Shown: positions 12,622 through 25,867, numbered from the whole stretch's first letter. The stretch: DNA of 62,579 bases, filler included, from Rhabdomonas costata (GCA_019059605.1; 20 parts of 20 records of this genome joined end to end with filler, not necessarily neighbours in it), one strand, 5' to 3'. Numbers and translations are program-made. The notes: generated by a model from the letters alone, not told the origin.

Positions 12622-12679
12622 TCACCCTAACACCTAACCCTAGTCCTAACCCTAACTCTAACCCTCCCTAACCCTAAAC
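12622..12679 (+). repeat. Degenerate (CCCTAA)n telomere-like tract
   Basis: CCCTAACACCTAACCCTAGTCCTAACCCTAACTCTAACCCTCCCTAACCCTAAAC, about 9 degenerate units. Confidence 0.8.
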
Positions 12680-12899
12680 TTGGAGGGTTGTTGAAGTTGG
12701 ATAGCGAATTATGGAAACCGCGCCGATGAAATAGGTGCCTCTCGTCTGGCGTCTTTCTGTCTGTCAGTGTATTGCTCAGGGTGGGGAAGCCAGCTTTGAG
12801 AATCTTCCTCATTCTTTCTTGATCACCAAGTCCGCTTGTTTTACAGGCTCGTTCTCTCCCTCTTCCTCTTTTCCCTTCTTATTTGCTTACTCTTGCAAA

Positions 12900-15602
12900 A
12901 TGTCCTCTACGGCTTCGTCGCCGACCTCGGAGCCCAGTGTGCATTGGATGAACCAGCTCGTGGCCTCAATGTGGCCTCACATCGCCACCCTCATCGAGCG
13001 AGTCTTCAAGTCCAGCGTGGAGCCCGCTGTGCGAAGCGCCCTCCCACGTATCTGTCTCACATCTTTTTCACGACCTCCTCCCTCCAGCGTGTGCATTGCT
13101 GGGGATGAATTGCCTGTAGACTTCCCCTTGAATGCCTGCAAACGAGTCCACATTTCGTTTGGACACCTTTTCCCATCTTTGCACAATAGTCCAGGACACA
13201 CCGAGTGTTCAGGGTACGCAAAAAAGGCAATGCGATAAATTTCTTGTACAACAGAATAACTCAATAGGCTACTAAATAACAGGGAGAGAGGCACGTTAGA
13301 CAAGGAGAGGAGGGGAAAATAACAGTAAGGGAATGATGCTACGGGATTGGGTGGATCCCATCTTCGTTTCCGCTGTGCACGCACCACCAAGAAATCCCAC
13401 AGCTTTGAGAAGACTTGTAGCTCTGCGCATAGTTCTTTTTACACTTCAAGTTTCTGCAATATTGATTTGTAACCTCTTTTCGTTCATGCTGTTACCAGGG
13501 TTTCAATGCCTTTTCGCTGGCGATACGTGTTGTGGGTATTTCGCGTTTTCAGCCGGGCTGAAGGGGCTGACCTTCACTGAAGTCAGCATCGGTGAGTCCC
13601 CGCTGACCTTTGCCCACCCTACCGTGCGGCACCCCAGCAATGATGCCGTGGAGCTCTGCTTTGAGGTCTTTATCCTCTCTTTTTGCGCCCACGCTTGCTC
13701 ATTTGTATGTAATGCTGCAGCCAAAAGGAATGCCTCGGTGAAACAGATGCCCATTCCGCATGTCGTGTTGGACGAGTTCAGCCTCCAGGAAATCTTTTGC
13801 ATCTAGAAGGCTTGCCTTTTCTCGATTTCGGTTTTCTGATGCCAGAAGTTTCTGATTTCAGTCGGAAAAGAATCGCATTGTAAAGTCGAATGTAAAGGAT
13901 ACTGACGGTCTGTTTTCCACCAAAAACTAGGTATCGCTTGCAGGGGACTCCAGCATTCAGATGTACCTTGGTGGGACCTACATGGGAATTCGCCGCGTTT
14001 CGCTGAATGGGAGGCTGTGCTTCTTGCTTAAGCCCCTTGTGCCTCGCCCTCCGTTCATCGGGGCGCTTCACGTCTACTTCAGCTCCTTGCCCGAGGTCTG
14101 CACCAGCACTGCTCGTGGTCTGCACACGCAACGGACGCTTGGGGCTATCTCGCCGTTTCCTTTTTGCTTGAATACTCAAGTGCCCGTGTTTCTTTCTTCA
14201 TTCTTGTGATGCCGCGAATATTATTGAGCAGCAGCACGCGTATCAAGCGTGCACTTCCCTGCCGTTATATTTCATGCTTGGTTTGAGGGTTACCTTTTTT
14301 TTTTGCACCTTATCGCAGATCGGGCTTGATTACACCGGAGTGACCGGCCTGGCGAACCTCCCGGTGCTGAAGAGTGTGGTGAAGGGCGTCATTGACGCTC
14401 AGGTGTCCGCCCGGCTGGTGCTTCCAAATAAGATGTCCATCCCAATGGCCGCCGCCGATTCCCTTCCTGAGCTGGCCGCCACGTTGGCATGCCCCCCCAT
14501 TGGGGTGGCGAAAGTGACAATTGTCGAGGCCCGCAATCTGCGTGACATGGATTCGGGGGGTGCCACGGGCTGGATTGGGATGCTCCGATCCGGCACTGTT
14601 CCGGACGTTTCGGACCCGTTTTGTGAGATTCGCCTGGGAAACTCCTCAGGGAAAACCCAGGTCATCGATGATAACCTGAACCCTGTGTGGAATTATGAGG
14701 TGGATCTTGTGGCACATAGCTTTGAGCAGGTGGTGGACCTGAAGTTGTATGATTACGACCTACTGTCCAATGATTTTCTGGGGTCTGCTTCTGTGCGCCT
14801 GGAAGCGCTTCTTCGAGAGAAGGTTGAATCCTTGCTTTGCGTTGTTCAAAATCGAGCTGAGCACGGAGCGTTGATTTCCTTCTCATTTCCTCATACCTGC
14901 ATGATTAACTTGTCCCAGCGTGCTGATCTCACCTGCTTTTCTCTTTCATCTTCTCTCTTTTTCGTGCTTTTTTCTTTGGAGCCCTCCTCTGTTTGTTCGA
15001 AAGACTTTGCGCATAGTTCTTTTTCCTTTCCGAACACCCGCTGTCGTTGTTGGTTCCTTTGCAGCCTTTGTGCTACTTTCTTTGTCCCAATCTTTCTTAC
15101 TCCCATCTGTGCACTTCACCTTGATCCATTCTATTCTTGCTTGTTTTTCTGTCTACTCGTGGTCCATATTCTACCATATTGCGCACATTTCCCTCTACCC
15201 ACACACTCCACCCCTCCCCTCATTTCTGCATTTGCGTTCCGGACTCTGGGCACGATTTGCTGATGCTGTACTGTTTTACAGATAGTTGTTGCGCAGGTGC
15301 TCTTCCGTCTGTTTAGAACTGTTTGGAATGCACGTTTCGCTGTTTTTCCTCAGTGTGGTGTTTTATCGTTCTGCAGGATATGTGGCTTCCCATCGATGAC
15401 GGCGAGGGCGGGGAAATTCACCTTCGAGCTCAGTGGCTCTCTCCGAGCCTGGATGCGTGCCACTTGAGCGAAGACCCCAAGGCCTTGGTTACTGTCCGTG
15501 TGAAGACCGCAACAGGGGTTCCCTCTGGTGCCTTTAAATCTGCCAAGGTAGTGATATGCATTGGGGATCAGAAACAGCGAAACGTGCATTCCCAACAACA
15601 CA
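12900..15602 (+). CDS. Extended synaptotagmin/tricalbin-like protein (SMP lipid-transfer domain + C2 domains); exons 12900-13047, 13553-13665, 13931-14095, 14319-14822, ~15377-contig end
   Basis: SMP motifs are VHWMNQLVASMWP, LTFTEVSIGESP, LKPLVPRPPFIGA and LVLPNKM. C2 motifs are SDPFCEIRLG, KTQVIDDNLNPVWN, LYDYDLLSNDFLG and WLP..GEIHLRAQW. Introns are GT-AG and in phase. Confidence 0.92.
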
Positions 15603-17097
15603 NNNNNNNNNNNNNNNNNNNNNNNNNNNNNNNNNNNNNNNNNNNNTTAATTAATTAANNNNNNNNNNNNNNNNNNNNNNNNNNNNNNNNNNNNNNNNNN
15701 NNGTGTTGGGTGTGGTTGGGTTGTTGGGTTAGAATGCAAACGCGCAAAGGGCAGTGATAGATAAACCAAACTAACGAACGTGAATAGACGTCTAGCCCAC
15801 CAGTTAAAATCACTCCACGAGCCTCCAAACACGTCAACTGCAAATAAAAAGAATGCGAACAACCAACACACCCTGTGTTCCTATATATACAGAAAAAAAG
15901 CGACATTCAACTTTCACAAGTATACACACACCACGAATGTTAAGCCCTTGTAGTGCAACCCTTCAGTATCCAAAGCGCCCCGAGGAAGTCGCGCGAGGTC
16001 TCCGCAGAATGCATCGCGCAGAAGACCAGGTTAGCGTAGCTTTTGTGCACAGAATAACCGCCGTCACGCAAATCACGACAACAGCTTTCTTCCACAGAGG
16101 GTTCCGGCCACGAAAGGCCAAAGGAACAAAATGGCATCACACTGCCGCTGCAGACAACATACACCACACCGACCAGGCGGACACATGCGCACAGCTGCGC
16201 AGAGTAAGCAAAGAACAGCCTGTGCAAGATTTAATGACTTGCTTTGTGCCAGTGTCACAACGGGCACGCTGTGCAACCATGGCTTCAAGCGCATCCACCG
16301 CACATGCTTTTTTTCTGGCGTTTAGGTGCATCCCCAGGGAAGATTATATTAGCAAGGAAGTCAATTGTTGCTCTTCTCTGTCCATTGGAGCAGCGCGATC
16401 CAACAATTGAAGCTGAGTATCCTGCTGATAGCTCAAGCATGTCAGGACTAGCCCCACGTGACATTCTCATTGCTGCAGGAGCTTTTCACTTGCGAATCAG
16501 GACAGGAGGCAAACGGTTTCCGATCCCTCAAACCATTCAAACCCTTCGTGGGGCACATCACCTTCACATGAAAGAACCCCAACAAGCGATCGGACTGAGC
16601 GCCAACAGGAGAAAATGGCGACAGTTCATTCACCATTAGTTCCTCGAAACGCAGATGAAGGTCATGTACAACCGGCGCAGGCAGAAAACAGGGGGGGGGG
16701 TAACGCAGAAGATAAAGCACAAAAACCTTGACAAAGCGATGGAACTGCAAAAAAGCCCACAGCAGCACCCAGTCTCCACCAAGTGTCTTGGAGTGAGCAT
16801 AACGAAAAGGTCGGAAACCCAACAGTATAACCGCGATGGGGGTCTGGAAGGAAAAGGGAATGCTGAGACAATGGCAGCAGGAGGCAGCATGGTATCGTGT
16901 CCCACGGCCCAAGCGAACTGCCCATCAACATGATCACAAAAGGAAAAACACAGGAACCGAGCGAGCCAAGCTCGTCTTCAGGATTCCAGCAGAGAGAAAC
17001 ATCTCCGAATGCAATAGCAGCAAAAACAAAAAGCGAACAAAACTGCTTCTCCCGAAGAAACAGCACTTTGCTATGGGTATTTTTTATACCAACGAAC

Positions 17098-17288
17098 CGA
17101 TCATTCAGTCGGTCGATGCAGCCAGTGACAGACCCATTAAACGGCAAGGTCATCCGCCTGATCCGCCAAAGCATCTCCACGGAAGGTGCGTACTGGAAGA
17201 AAAGCTTCCAACCATCAGTGCCCATCGCATTGCTGGCGCAAGTCGCCATTAGGCAGGCGGCCACGCAAAGCATCCAAAACGCATTCAT
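17098..17288 (-). CDS. Possible first exon of a secreted protein (MNAFWMLCVAACLMATCASNA...)
   Basis: ATG followed by a signal-peptide-like hydrophobic stretch, with a GT donor after ...RLNDR. No family recognised. Confidence 0.3.
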
Positions 17289-18541
17289 GGCAAAGTGCAC
17301 GCAGACAAGCCGACATATCCTGACGCACAGATACGGCAAGTGGCCAACGCACATGAAAGCACAAGATGGTGAGGCCACCAGCCCTGGGCTTCAACCCCTG
17401 TCAACTCAACACACTGCCAAGCATCCACCTGACCAAGACAACTAACAAAGATAACTAATGATTGACGGATGAGGCACAACGACGATGGACCTTCCTCGCA
17501 GAGGACTCGCGCCTGCACACACTGAATTTTGTGGAAGGATTGGCATCCTTTCACGGAGTTGACCACGGGAATGTTTTTGGTCCAGCGCGCACGCACACGC
17601 ACACACATAGACCCACATCTCGCATCTCGCGTACCCTATTATATATGAAGGGTAACAAAAAGTGATCGCAAACCTCGAAGAAAAACGAACACACTGCTCA
17701 GTGGGGCTTGCGAGTAACTCTTTGGAGTAGAGAATTTACTCACGTTCCGACCCAATAATTGAAGGGAAGGGATTCCAATTGATGGTTTTCAAAAACCTGT
17801 TATTTTCGATGTCAGAGCCGGAGCCCAACCGGAAAATCCAGTTGGGGCTAACTCTGGGTGGAATTCCAAAATCGCATTTGCTAGCAGGTTCCAAGCCTCT
17901 GATTGCATTCTGAATCTCTAAGATTTTTAAAGGCTATTTCAAAGCCTTCTCAGATGAGCCGGATCCAAGAGGCCTGAGGGGCACCTTTTGGACCTTTGCA
18001 TGGCAGCACACAAGCATACTGAGCCAAAATTTCGGGCTGAGGGTAGATCCGAAGAGCACTTGATACTGACACCGGTGTGGGTCGGAATGCTTCGGTATGC
18101 AGCCCGTGTTGGTGCGCGAGTGTGCCCGCCCCCCAGCCAGGCGCGCCCCCCTCCGACTGGAACACTACCACCGGCGTGAAATCCGTCCGGGGCCGAACAC
18201 ACGCTGCTTTTTGCGGCTCAACAAGCGCCATAGGGTTTCTGTCAGTCGCAGACTACAGGGACACATACTAAGCAAGATGCTAAGAAAAACAGACACAAGC
18301 ATTGAAGACCGGATTGAAGTTACCGAGGAGCAGAGAGGCGCACACATCACTCCTATATGTGCTGGATAGGCCCGAAACCCCATTCGATGGAAATCCCACG
18401 TCCTATCGGGAGTGCTTCAAAAACAAAAACAGTTTCTTCTGACCTATGAACAAGTCGTGTCAACCGGAACACTGTTGGCGATGGAACCCTCCGCCCGCTC
18501 CTTCGTAGTCAAGCACACAATGCACAAAAAAAAAGGCGCAC

Positions 18542-18741
18542 CCCTTGAGGATCACTGGCGTTGACCGAGATGTTTACACCCGCCGAGTCCTCCAGCAGCG
18601 TCGCGTTTGCTGAGCTTCTTAGGAAAGGCAGGGTGTTTGCATATGTAACGTCTATGGTAGCGGTGCCAATGGCCGCAGGATAGCTGATGTTGGCCTGGTA
18701 AACAGCTCGCTCCAGCACACCGTACTGAAAGGAGGCGTAAT
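18542..18741 (-). CDS. Exon of a cadherin-like / Ig-like repeat surface protein
   Basis: ...GTATIDVTYANTLP...ATLLEDSAGVNISVNASDPQG fits the repeat-junction pattern ATxxIxV..N..P...ED....I...ASD..G. The donor is GTGCGC. Confidence 0.6.
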
Positions 18742-19145
18742 NNNNNNNNNNNNNNNNNNNNNNNNNNNNNNNNNNNNNNNNNNNNTTAATTAATTAANNN
18801 NNNNNNNNNNNNNNNNNNNNNNNNNNNNNNNNNNNNNNNNNTGGGTTTGGGTAGCCTTGCATACAATAAAAACATAATAAAAACGGAAATTGCATTTTTA
18901 ATATTAAAAACATTTAAAATGCAATTTCCGTTTTATTATGTTTTTATTGTATGCAAGGCTACCCAAACAAAAATTCCATGACTAACGCTGCGACATAACA
19001 AGGACACCAAACAAGTTCCTGAAATCTCCGGGCAAAATCCTCCGAACTGCAAAAAACTGGGCTGCGCACTCGAATTGAATTATAGTGGCGGAGTAGCTAA
19101 GAGTCACGCGGGGCGTGTCCGAAGTAGGGGGTGGGGAAGCAGAAC

Positions 19146-20465
19146 CTGAGGGTGGCACAGCGGAGCAGCACTCGCCAAAGCTGCAGTTTAGCAGAGAACA
19201 TATTTTGGTCCCGTTCTGCACGAAAAATCCCGCAGGGCAGGGGTAGACCCTGCATAGGGAGTTTCCTGACAAGTGCGAAAGCCAGAACGATACGTCTCTA
19301 CCGAATGGGGAGGGCAGTGTGCTTGGAAACCAACAATGCTCACCTATATGGAAATACGTTCACATTAAGAAGCAACCCTGTTCTCCGAAAAGCGAAAGAA
19401 AGAAGAAAGAAGAAAGAAAGGCCTGCTCTGTCCAATTTCCTATATATTTCCAGCTGTTGCATGGCGGTGCCAGCTAACGGACCTAAGAGTGAAGGCACCA
19501 ACGTCTCCACTGCAAAGCACGACGCACGAACATCACTCGGAACTCGCATTCCGGCTTTTCCGTTTTAATTGTGTAAATGATTTCGGTGACAGTAGTTTTG
19601 CCTCTTGAATGTTTGGCAAAGCTGAATGCCACGGGAACAATTACACGTATCATCGTTGGACTTCACACCTACCAACCGACCGCCGCCCCGTGCATGCCTC
19701 GCCTTTTCGTGCCCATCCCCCTCTGCGAGAGATCCCCTTGAGGGATTCACAAAACGAATTGATTGCGTCAGAATCCACCCTTATTTCCAATTCCTGATAT
19801 CTCTCGACTCCCAGCTCTAGCGAAGGCCTTTCGAAGATTGAGCCCCAACGTTAACTGTTCCCAAGGTTTAACTTAGACTCCTTCGTCTCTCAACTCCTCC
19901 TCTCCCCCGTTTTTCACCCTCGTATTCATGAGTAGCCTTCGCTAGTCACGGTTGAGTCGAAACAAGACCTAACGGAAGCGGAGCCCCCCAAACAACCCCG
20001 TACGTGCATCACTCATAACCCCCTGCTAGCTTTCTGTTGAAATTCCAGAGTTCCAGGGACGTGCACGGCGCTCAGGCGATTGAATCAGGCTGGCTTTCTC
20101 GCGAAAACCGGAGGTGCCTTAATCGCGTGGAAGCGTCTAGCGTTTTAAATTTTGTCATGCACTTGAATCCAGTTGCTCTCATTTGAGCGATGTTCCGACT
20201 GACGACCGAGTGGCGAGCGCTGTTTACGAGTAGGGGACGCAACTCACGACTGAGTAGCAAACGCCATTCAGGAATGGCGAACGCTGCTCACTGCGTGCAT
20301 AGCACCCCGTCACGCAAATAAACAGATGGCGGGGGAGGTGGGAATCGAAACAGTACATAGCCACACCTCTACAGCAGTCATCGACGTTGCAGTCCGCGGC
20401 AGCACACAGTGTGGACGGACTTTTGGGGGTGTAGCCTGCGGGACATCCGAAACCATCGCAGGTCA
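19146..20465 (-). CDS. Cysteine-rich repeat extracellular protein, two homologous phase-1 exons (20465-20367, 19265-19146)
   Basis: TCDGFGCPAGYTPKSPSTLCAAADCNVDDCCR and SLCRVYPCPAGFFVQNGTKICSLLNCSFGECCS share C-x4-CPAG[YF]-x8-C-x4-C-x4-CC. Both are bounded by AG and GT. Confidence 0.65.
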
Positions 20466-20903
20466 CTGAGAGCCACAAATGCAAAATAACATCCGCCGGA
20501 AGACCTTCACATGCACCCGGCGAACGCGGCGGAACCACCGAAAGTCTCAAGAAGGCCGACTTCTCTCTCGGTTCTTGTATCTCTCATCGGCAACAAGCCA
20601 TTTAAATGGATCGACGTAAGCACAACGAATGCGTGCCCTTTGCGGCAGACGGTAACGGAAACGGTAAGTTTGTGGTGGTTTCTTACCCTCGCAGAGACAC
20701 CAACAGCTTTGCCGTACTTGGGCACAAGGCAATGTGCCCCTGCAATAGAGGTAATCTGCAGCACTATTATGAAGCCAAGAAAACGTCGCAGATGCCATGA
20801 AAGCTTGAAAAGCAGTTGTTCTCGCCCCACTGAAAGGTTCGAGAGGTAGGCGTCATATTAACTCAAATTCCTGAGAAAGGGCCACGCGACGACAAGAAGC
20901 ATA

Positions 20904-21870
20904 CCAGGTCCGATTTAAAACGAGGCAATTTAGGGAATAAAAAGTGCAAAAAGCTGTTCACGCTGGGCTTACTTCGCTTAGGTGCTCCACCATGTGAGAA
21001 TTTTGGGGGGTAACCGGGGGAACAATGTCCAATTTGTATCAGAGGTTATTGCTTTGTGTTTTATTTTTGACTTTTGTAAATTTTTACCAATGCCTTGGAT
21101 CGTCGAAGCGAGGGCTCGGGCCGTTCATTGAGCAGGGATCCCCGAGCGCAGCACTTCGGGTGTTGCGCAGGGAGTGGGGCCAGCGGGCGGCTTCCGGGAG
21201 GGAGGCACTGAGAAGGTGGGTCCGAGAGTTCCGGGAGGAGGGGAGTGTGCTTGGGGCCCAACACAGGAGCCGCCCCTGCGCACTGGACGGGCCAATGTGG
21301 CCAAATTGCGACGTGCCGCTGTAACCCTCGGATGTCAGTCCGGAAGCGCTCAGGACTTCCCCGAACCACCGTTCATCGGATGTTGCTGCGTGAGCTTGGG
21401 CTCTTTCCTTACAAGTTAGCCACCTCGGTCACCTGACCTCTCCCTTTCGGATTTCTTCCTGTGGGGTTATCTCAAGGGGGTAACATTTACTCAGCCAGTC
21501 CCCTCCCTCCGCGCACTCCGGACCCACCATTCGCAGGCCATCGCTAGCCTCTCCCTCTCAACTATCTTACGGCAGCGATGGCGAACCTCCCTCTCAGGGA
21601 TCGCCACTGTGTTCGCCAGCGTGGCGAACACGTTGAAGGGGTCCTGCGTTGCCAATGACCTCGTCTACAACACAGGTTCCTCTCTACTTCTGCAGTAACC
21701 ACTCTCTGCAAAAAAAAACTCTATTCTATCACCCCAACGCGTGAACCCCAAGTCCGTGACCAGAAATAATCTCCCACGACGTGCCGCCGCACCACCCCAC
21801 ACCGGCCCCTAAATAGTGTATTCTACGTGAGCTATTCCAAATAAATTGCCTCATTTTAAATCGAACACGA
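20904..21870 (+). mobile_element. Internally deleted, non-autonomous Tc1/mariner DNA transposon (DUF4817-HTH / maT-like type)
   Basis: Terminal inverted repeats at 20911-20932 and 21842-21863 are 21/22 identical, with TA at 20902-20903. Frameshifted transposase remnants are RRWVREFREEGSV, PRMSVRKRSGLPRTTVHRMLLRELGLFPYKL, PPRSPDLSLSDFFLWGYLK and CVRQRGEHVE. Confidence 0.9.
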
Positions 21871-22308
21871 TGGGAGGNNNNNNNNNNNNNNNNNNNNNNN
21901 NNNNNNNNNNNNNNNNNNNNNTTAATTAATTAANNNNNNNNNNNNNNNNNNNNNNNNNNNNNNNNNNNNNNNNNNNNTGTGGTCTCCTGTGTTTGTGAGA
22001 GCCTCCTGATGATCTGTGTATATTGTTGTTCCTTGTTCTGTGTGTCCTTGTTTTGTTCTTGGGAAGATTTTGAATGCATGAGAGAATGACGAATTAGTGT
22101 CAGCGAGTGTTGGGGAGACATACAATTTTGTGGGAGGATTGGGTATGGATCTGCATTTAAAAATGTCTTTGGGCTCACGTGCTATTGCATATAACGGTGT
22201 GGTTAGGTTGTGTGGTTTCATTTTAACATGCAGTTCTCTCGAGTGAGTGTAACAATATGCGTAGCTGTATTTGCTCGTATGTATCCTTTTTTTTGATGGC
22301 TTTTGCAG

Positions 22309-24943
22309 GTGGCGACGTGGAATGCTCAGCGCCCGCAGCCCAACCACGAGTCCTGGGCATGCTACTGCAGCCTGGAAATCCGCGAGCAGCTTGAGAGCTC
22401 CCCTCTGCTGCTGAAGTTCAGCCCCCGGCTGGGGACCTCGCAGAGCGCTGGCGCTTGCTTCATTGCGGTGGCATCGGCCTCCGTGCTTGTGGGCGGGGTA
22501 ACCACCGCGGAGGCCGGCCAGACCCCGGTGCTGCTGGGGTACGCCAGACACGCAAACACACGCACACACACATTCTTTCTCTGTTTCGCTTCTCGCTCCT
22601 CCTGGGCCTTGGCATCATTCGGTTGCATCACTCCACACTTATTCCACACTATCCCTCGACCTTGACCCTGGATGTGTAACAGGGAACGTCATTGCCTCAT
22701 TTTCTCTGAGAAAGTTCATGGGCGATGACATGGGAGAATAGACTGATGAATTCGTGTGACACATGGCCATCCCAAGAGAATTATTGCACGCTCTGTGGTT
22801 TTGTTTAGGCCTGTGCTGGGGCTTTGCCAGCGCCTGGTTGAGTTGAACACCCTGCTTGGCAGCGCCATTGTCGTCTCCCAAAGGTAAGCAAAGGGATTTT
22901 TTCTTATGAATCACTATCGAAGAATCTTACAGGAGCACGTTTTCACACAACTCCGTCACTGCAACCATTGCGTTGATGGCTTTTTCTGGGGCCCGGCCTT
23001 GACACGTTGCCCTCCAGTAGTAGTGGGAAGGCTTACTCAGCGGCATGAGGTCAGTTCTCGTCGTGTCTGTACCTGCCTGCGTCACTTACGGCTGCAGGCA
23101 TCCTACGTGCACTCTGGCTCTGGCTGCTTTCTGAGAAAACCGGTTTGCCTTCTTGCACGAAGCGTGTTCAACTTGCGTACACACACAGCGTGTACGAAGC
23201 CACCCCGGACAAATTCCACACCATGCTGGTGGACTTCATTCGAGCGGAGGTGGAGGTTCCCGGGCCTGCCATCGGCGGAGAGCCCTCAGAGGCAAATAGC
23301 TCCCCTGCCGCGGACCCGACCTTCGCCGTACCAGTGCTGCCCTCACTGCCTGCAACCGCTGCAGCTGCCAACCTCGTGACAAGTCTCTCTCGCTCTGTGT
23401 GATTGTTCTGATGCTGGCGTCTTTCGTCAGAAAGCAGAGCATCATAGTTTTTGTGCGAGAGGGCGGACGGAGGCAAGGGGTGCAACGCTGTTCGGGATCT
23501 TTTCAGGATCTGTCCCCCACAGTATCCACGCGTCAGTGCGTTGTGGGCTGGGTGGAGGTGAGAGTGGTGCGCTATCAAAACGGGGACCGAGCCCCTTTCC
23601 TCTTCTAACTCGCCCGTCAGCCGAATCTGATGTCCCACACGAAGTTTAATATTTTTATTGTGAGATTTGGTCTGCTGTATATACAAAAACCCCAGGCCTG
23701 CTTCGGCTTAGCCCTCTCAAATTTCGTAAGAGTGAGATATGGTCCATATAAAAGAAGAGCATGGAGAGTTTGCGGTGTGTGTTTATGTTTTAAATTGATT
23801 GGTCAACCAGATGTCCGATATCGTGTTTGGTCGTTTGACTTGATATATGTCTGCTCCCCGCATTGCTAAATTGCTAATTTCGTCTTCGCCGCTTTTTTTT
23901 GGTCGTGGCCTGCGTTTGCTCAGCCCGAGTGGAGCGAGTGGGTGTCCACGAGCTGATCTCGACCATCTCCGATCCCCAGCCCGTCTCTCCCGACGACAAG
24001 GTTTGGAGCGATGGGTTATGGAGCGTTTCCACTGTGCACGAAATGAAGCGCAGCCTAAAGTTCCGGTCACTGACAGAAAACTCTTTTGGAGTTTTCCCTC
24101 CCCCGCTCTCTCCGGCCCTTACTGGCAGAGGTACACCGTTTGGTTGGAGGACTTGCCAAGAGGGGATCTGTGCCTTCCCCCCTTCCCCCACAGACTCCGC
24201 TAGAGGTGAGTGTGTCGAGTGTGTACATTGGTACGGGTCCATCGCTTTCCTGAAGTTTTAGGAGTCTTTTGAGACGTATTAGCTCACTCAGGGGACTTTG
24301 CCACCACACCGTTTGCACGCAGATCCCAGGATCGCTTGATTTGGGTCCTAACTCCGTGGTTGACCTAGAAACTCGGTGTTGGGGGTTCGAGAGGCAATAC
24401 TCTCTCCACGAGTGTGACACGAGTGTATTGGGGAGGGCACGAATTCATCAAATTTATCATAAAGGCAATCTAAAAGTTCACACCGTGTATGCGACACTTT
24501 AACAGGACCAGGTTTCCCAAAAGGTTCGAGCACCTTTCGCGAAGCGAACAAAGCGAACGAAGGTCCAAGCACCTTTCGCAGAGCGACGAAGTGAGACTGT
24601 TCATACTTGTGTCGGACAAGGTTTGACCTTCATTAGAATTTTAACACAAAAGCAATAGCAGGGGCTTGCCGTTGAAAACCCAATATCTGAGAATGCAAAT
24701 GGTTGCCAACACAACGGACTGACTCTCCGTGCTGGCGTGGCTGCCTCCTCTCAGACGGTGTACAAGAAGGGCTTCTTGCTGTTCTCGCGAGGGAAGATCG
24801 AGAAGGCCACCATGAAGCTCCTGCTGGTGCTGAAGCACCTTGCCAACTCCCCGGCTCCCAGCCTGGCCGTCCGCCGCTACCGCTTCCACACCGCCCGCCT
24901 GCTGCGGCTGTGCTGGTACCGCAACCAATGCATTGCAAGCAAG
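22309..24943 (+). CDS. Several exons of one or more uncharacterised proteins (~22309-22538, ~23190-23376, ~23924-24205, ~24755-24943)
   Basis: GC-rich open segments bounded by AG and GT, for example VATWNAQRPQPNHESWACYCSLEIREQL... and TVYKKGFLLFSRGKIEKATMKLLLVLKHL... No family recognised, and linkage between them is not established. Confidence 0.4.
24522..24591. repeat. Imperfect two-copy direct repeat (period ~38 nt)
   Basis: AAGGTTCGAGCACCTTTCGC ... AAGGTCCAAGCACCTTTCGC. Confidence 0.7.
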
Positions 24944-25818
24944 GTATTCCTTTACCCTCTTTTCGCTGAACGTCAAGCGGTGGGCGGGACGCCGGAGAGG
25001 TGGAACGATANNNNNNNNNNNNNNNNNNNNNNNNNNNNNNNNNNNNNNNNNNNNTTAATTAATTAANNNNNNNNNNNNNNNNNNNNNNNNNNNNNNNNNN
25101 NNNNNNNNNNGGGTTTTTTTTTTGCTGATTGTGGAGCGTGCGTTGATGCCTGCGTTGTACTCACATCTCATCGTGAAGTCACACGTACATTAAGGCACTC
25201 TTTAATTTGCAACAGCAAATAAGTGCAAACTCTGATCTTCCAAATTCTTCAAGCTCCAGAACAGCGTTCATCAGAAAATGGTGTGGAGGTTGTCCATGCC
25301 CTCATTTCAATTTCTGCGGGAAAATGCTTTCCTCGTTTTTTCCCGTCGGCAGCTCTGGAGCGGTCTCCAAACGAGCTTACCAGGACGGGCACATGGTGGC
25401 CAGTACTCTCGTCGCCGAACCTGGCCGTCGGGCTGAGATTCTGTCCTTGCTGTCCTCTTGGGCTCACTCACAGCCTCAAGCCCCCGAACCGTCCGCAGCG
25501 GTCAGACCTGCAAACACATATTCCTCGTCTGTGGCGGCCCCTGCAGTGCAGCAAGGGGACCCGAGGCGGGATGTGCCCATGCCCCGAAAACAGTCTCAAA
25601 GGGGCCCGTCATCTTTGTGACAAACCGCAACGTTGTGCCTTGCATGTATCCTCGGGAAATCTACAGTCTTTCTGTGTGTACTCAACTGTATCAGCGTGGC
25701 TCGGAAGAGCGTTGTGCATTTCTATGGAAACTAAGTTGCTCTGTGCACAGACTTCAGTTCCTGGTGTGTCCTGAATCTGTCTCAATGCCGGAGTTTTTTC
25801 AAACAAAACAAACGTTGT

Positions 25819-25867
25819 TTGAACGTCACGCGTAGCATTGCACATTGAACGTCACGCGTTGCATTGC
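25819..25867. repeat. 26-nt period tandem duplication
   Basis: TTGAACGTCACGCGT[A/T]GCATTGC occurs twice. Confidence 0.8.

Noticed and set aside
18845..18968. ~53-bp near-perfect AT-rich palindrome
   Set aside because: It begins at the first bases of a contig, where fold-back chimeras are expected. A MITE cannot be fully excluded without copy-number data.
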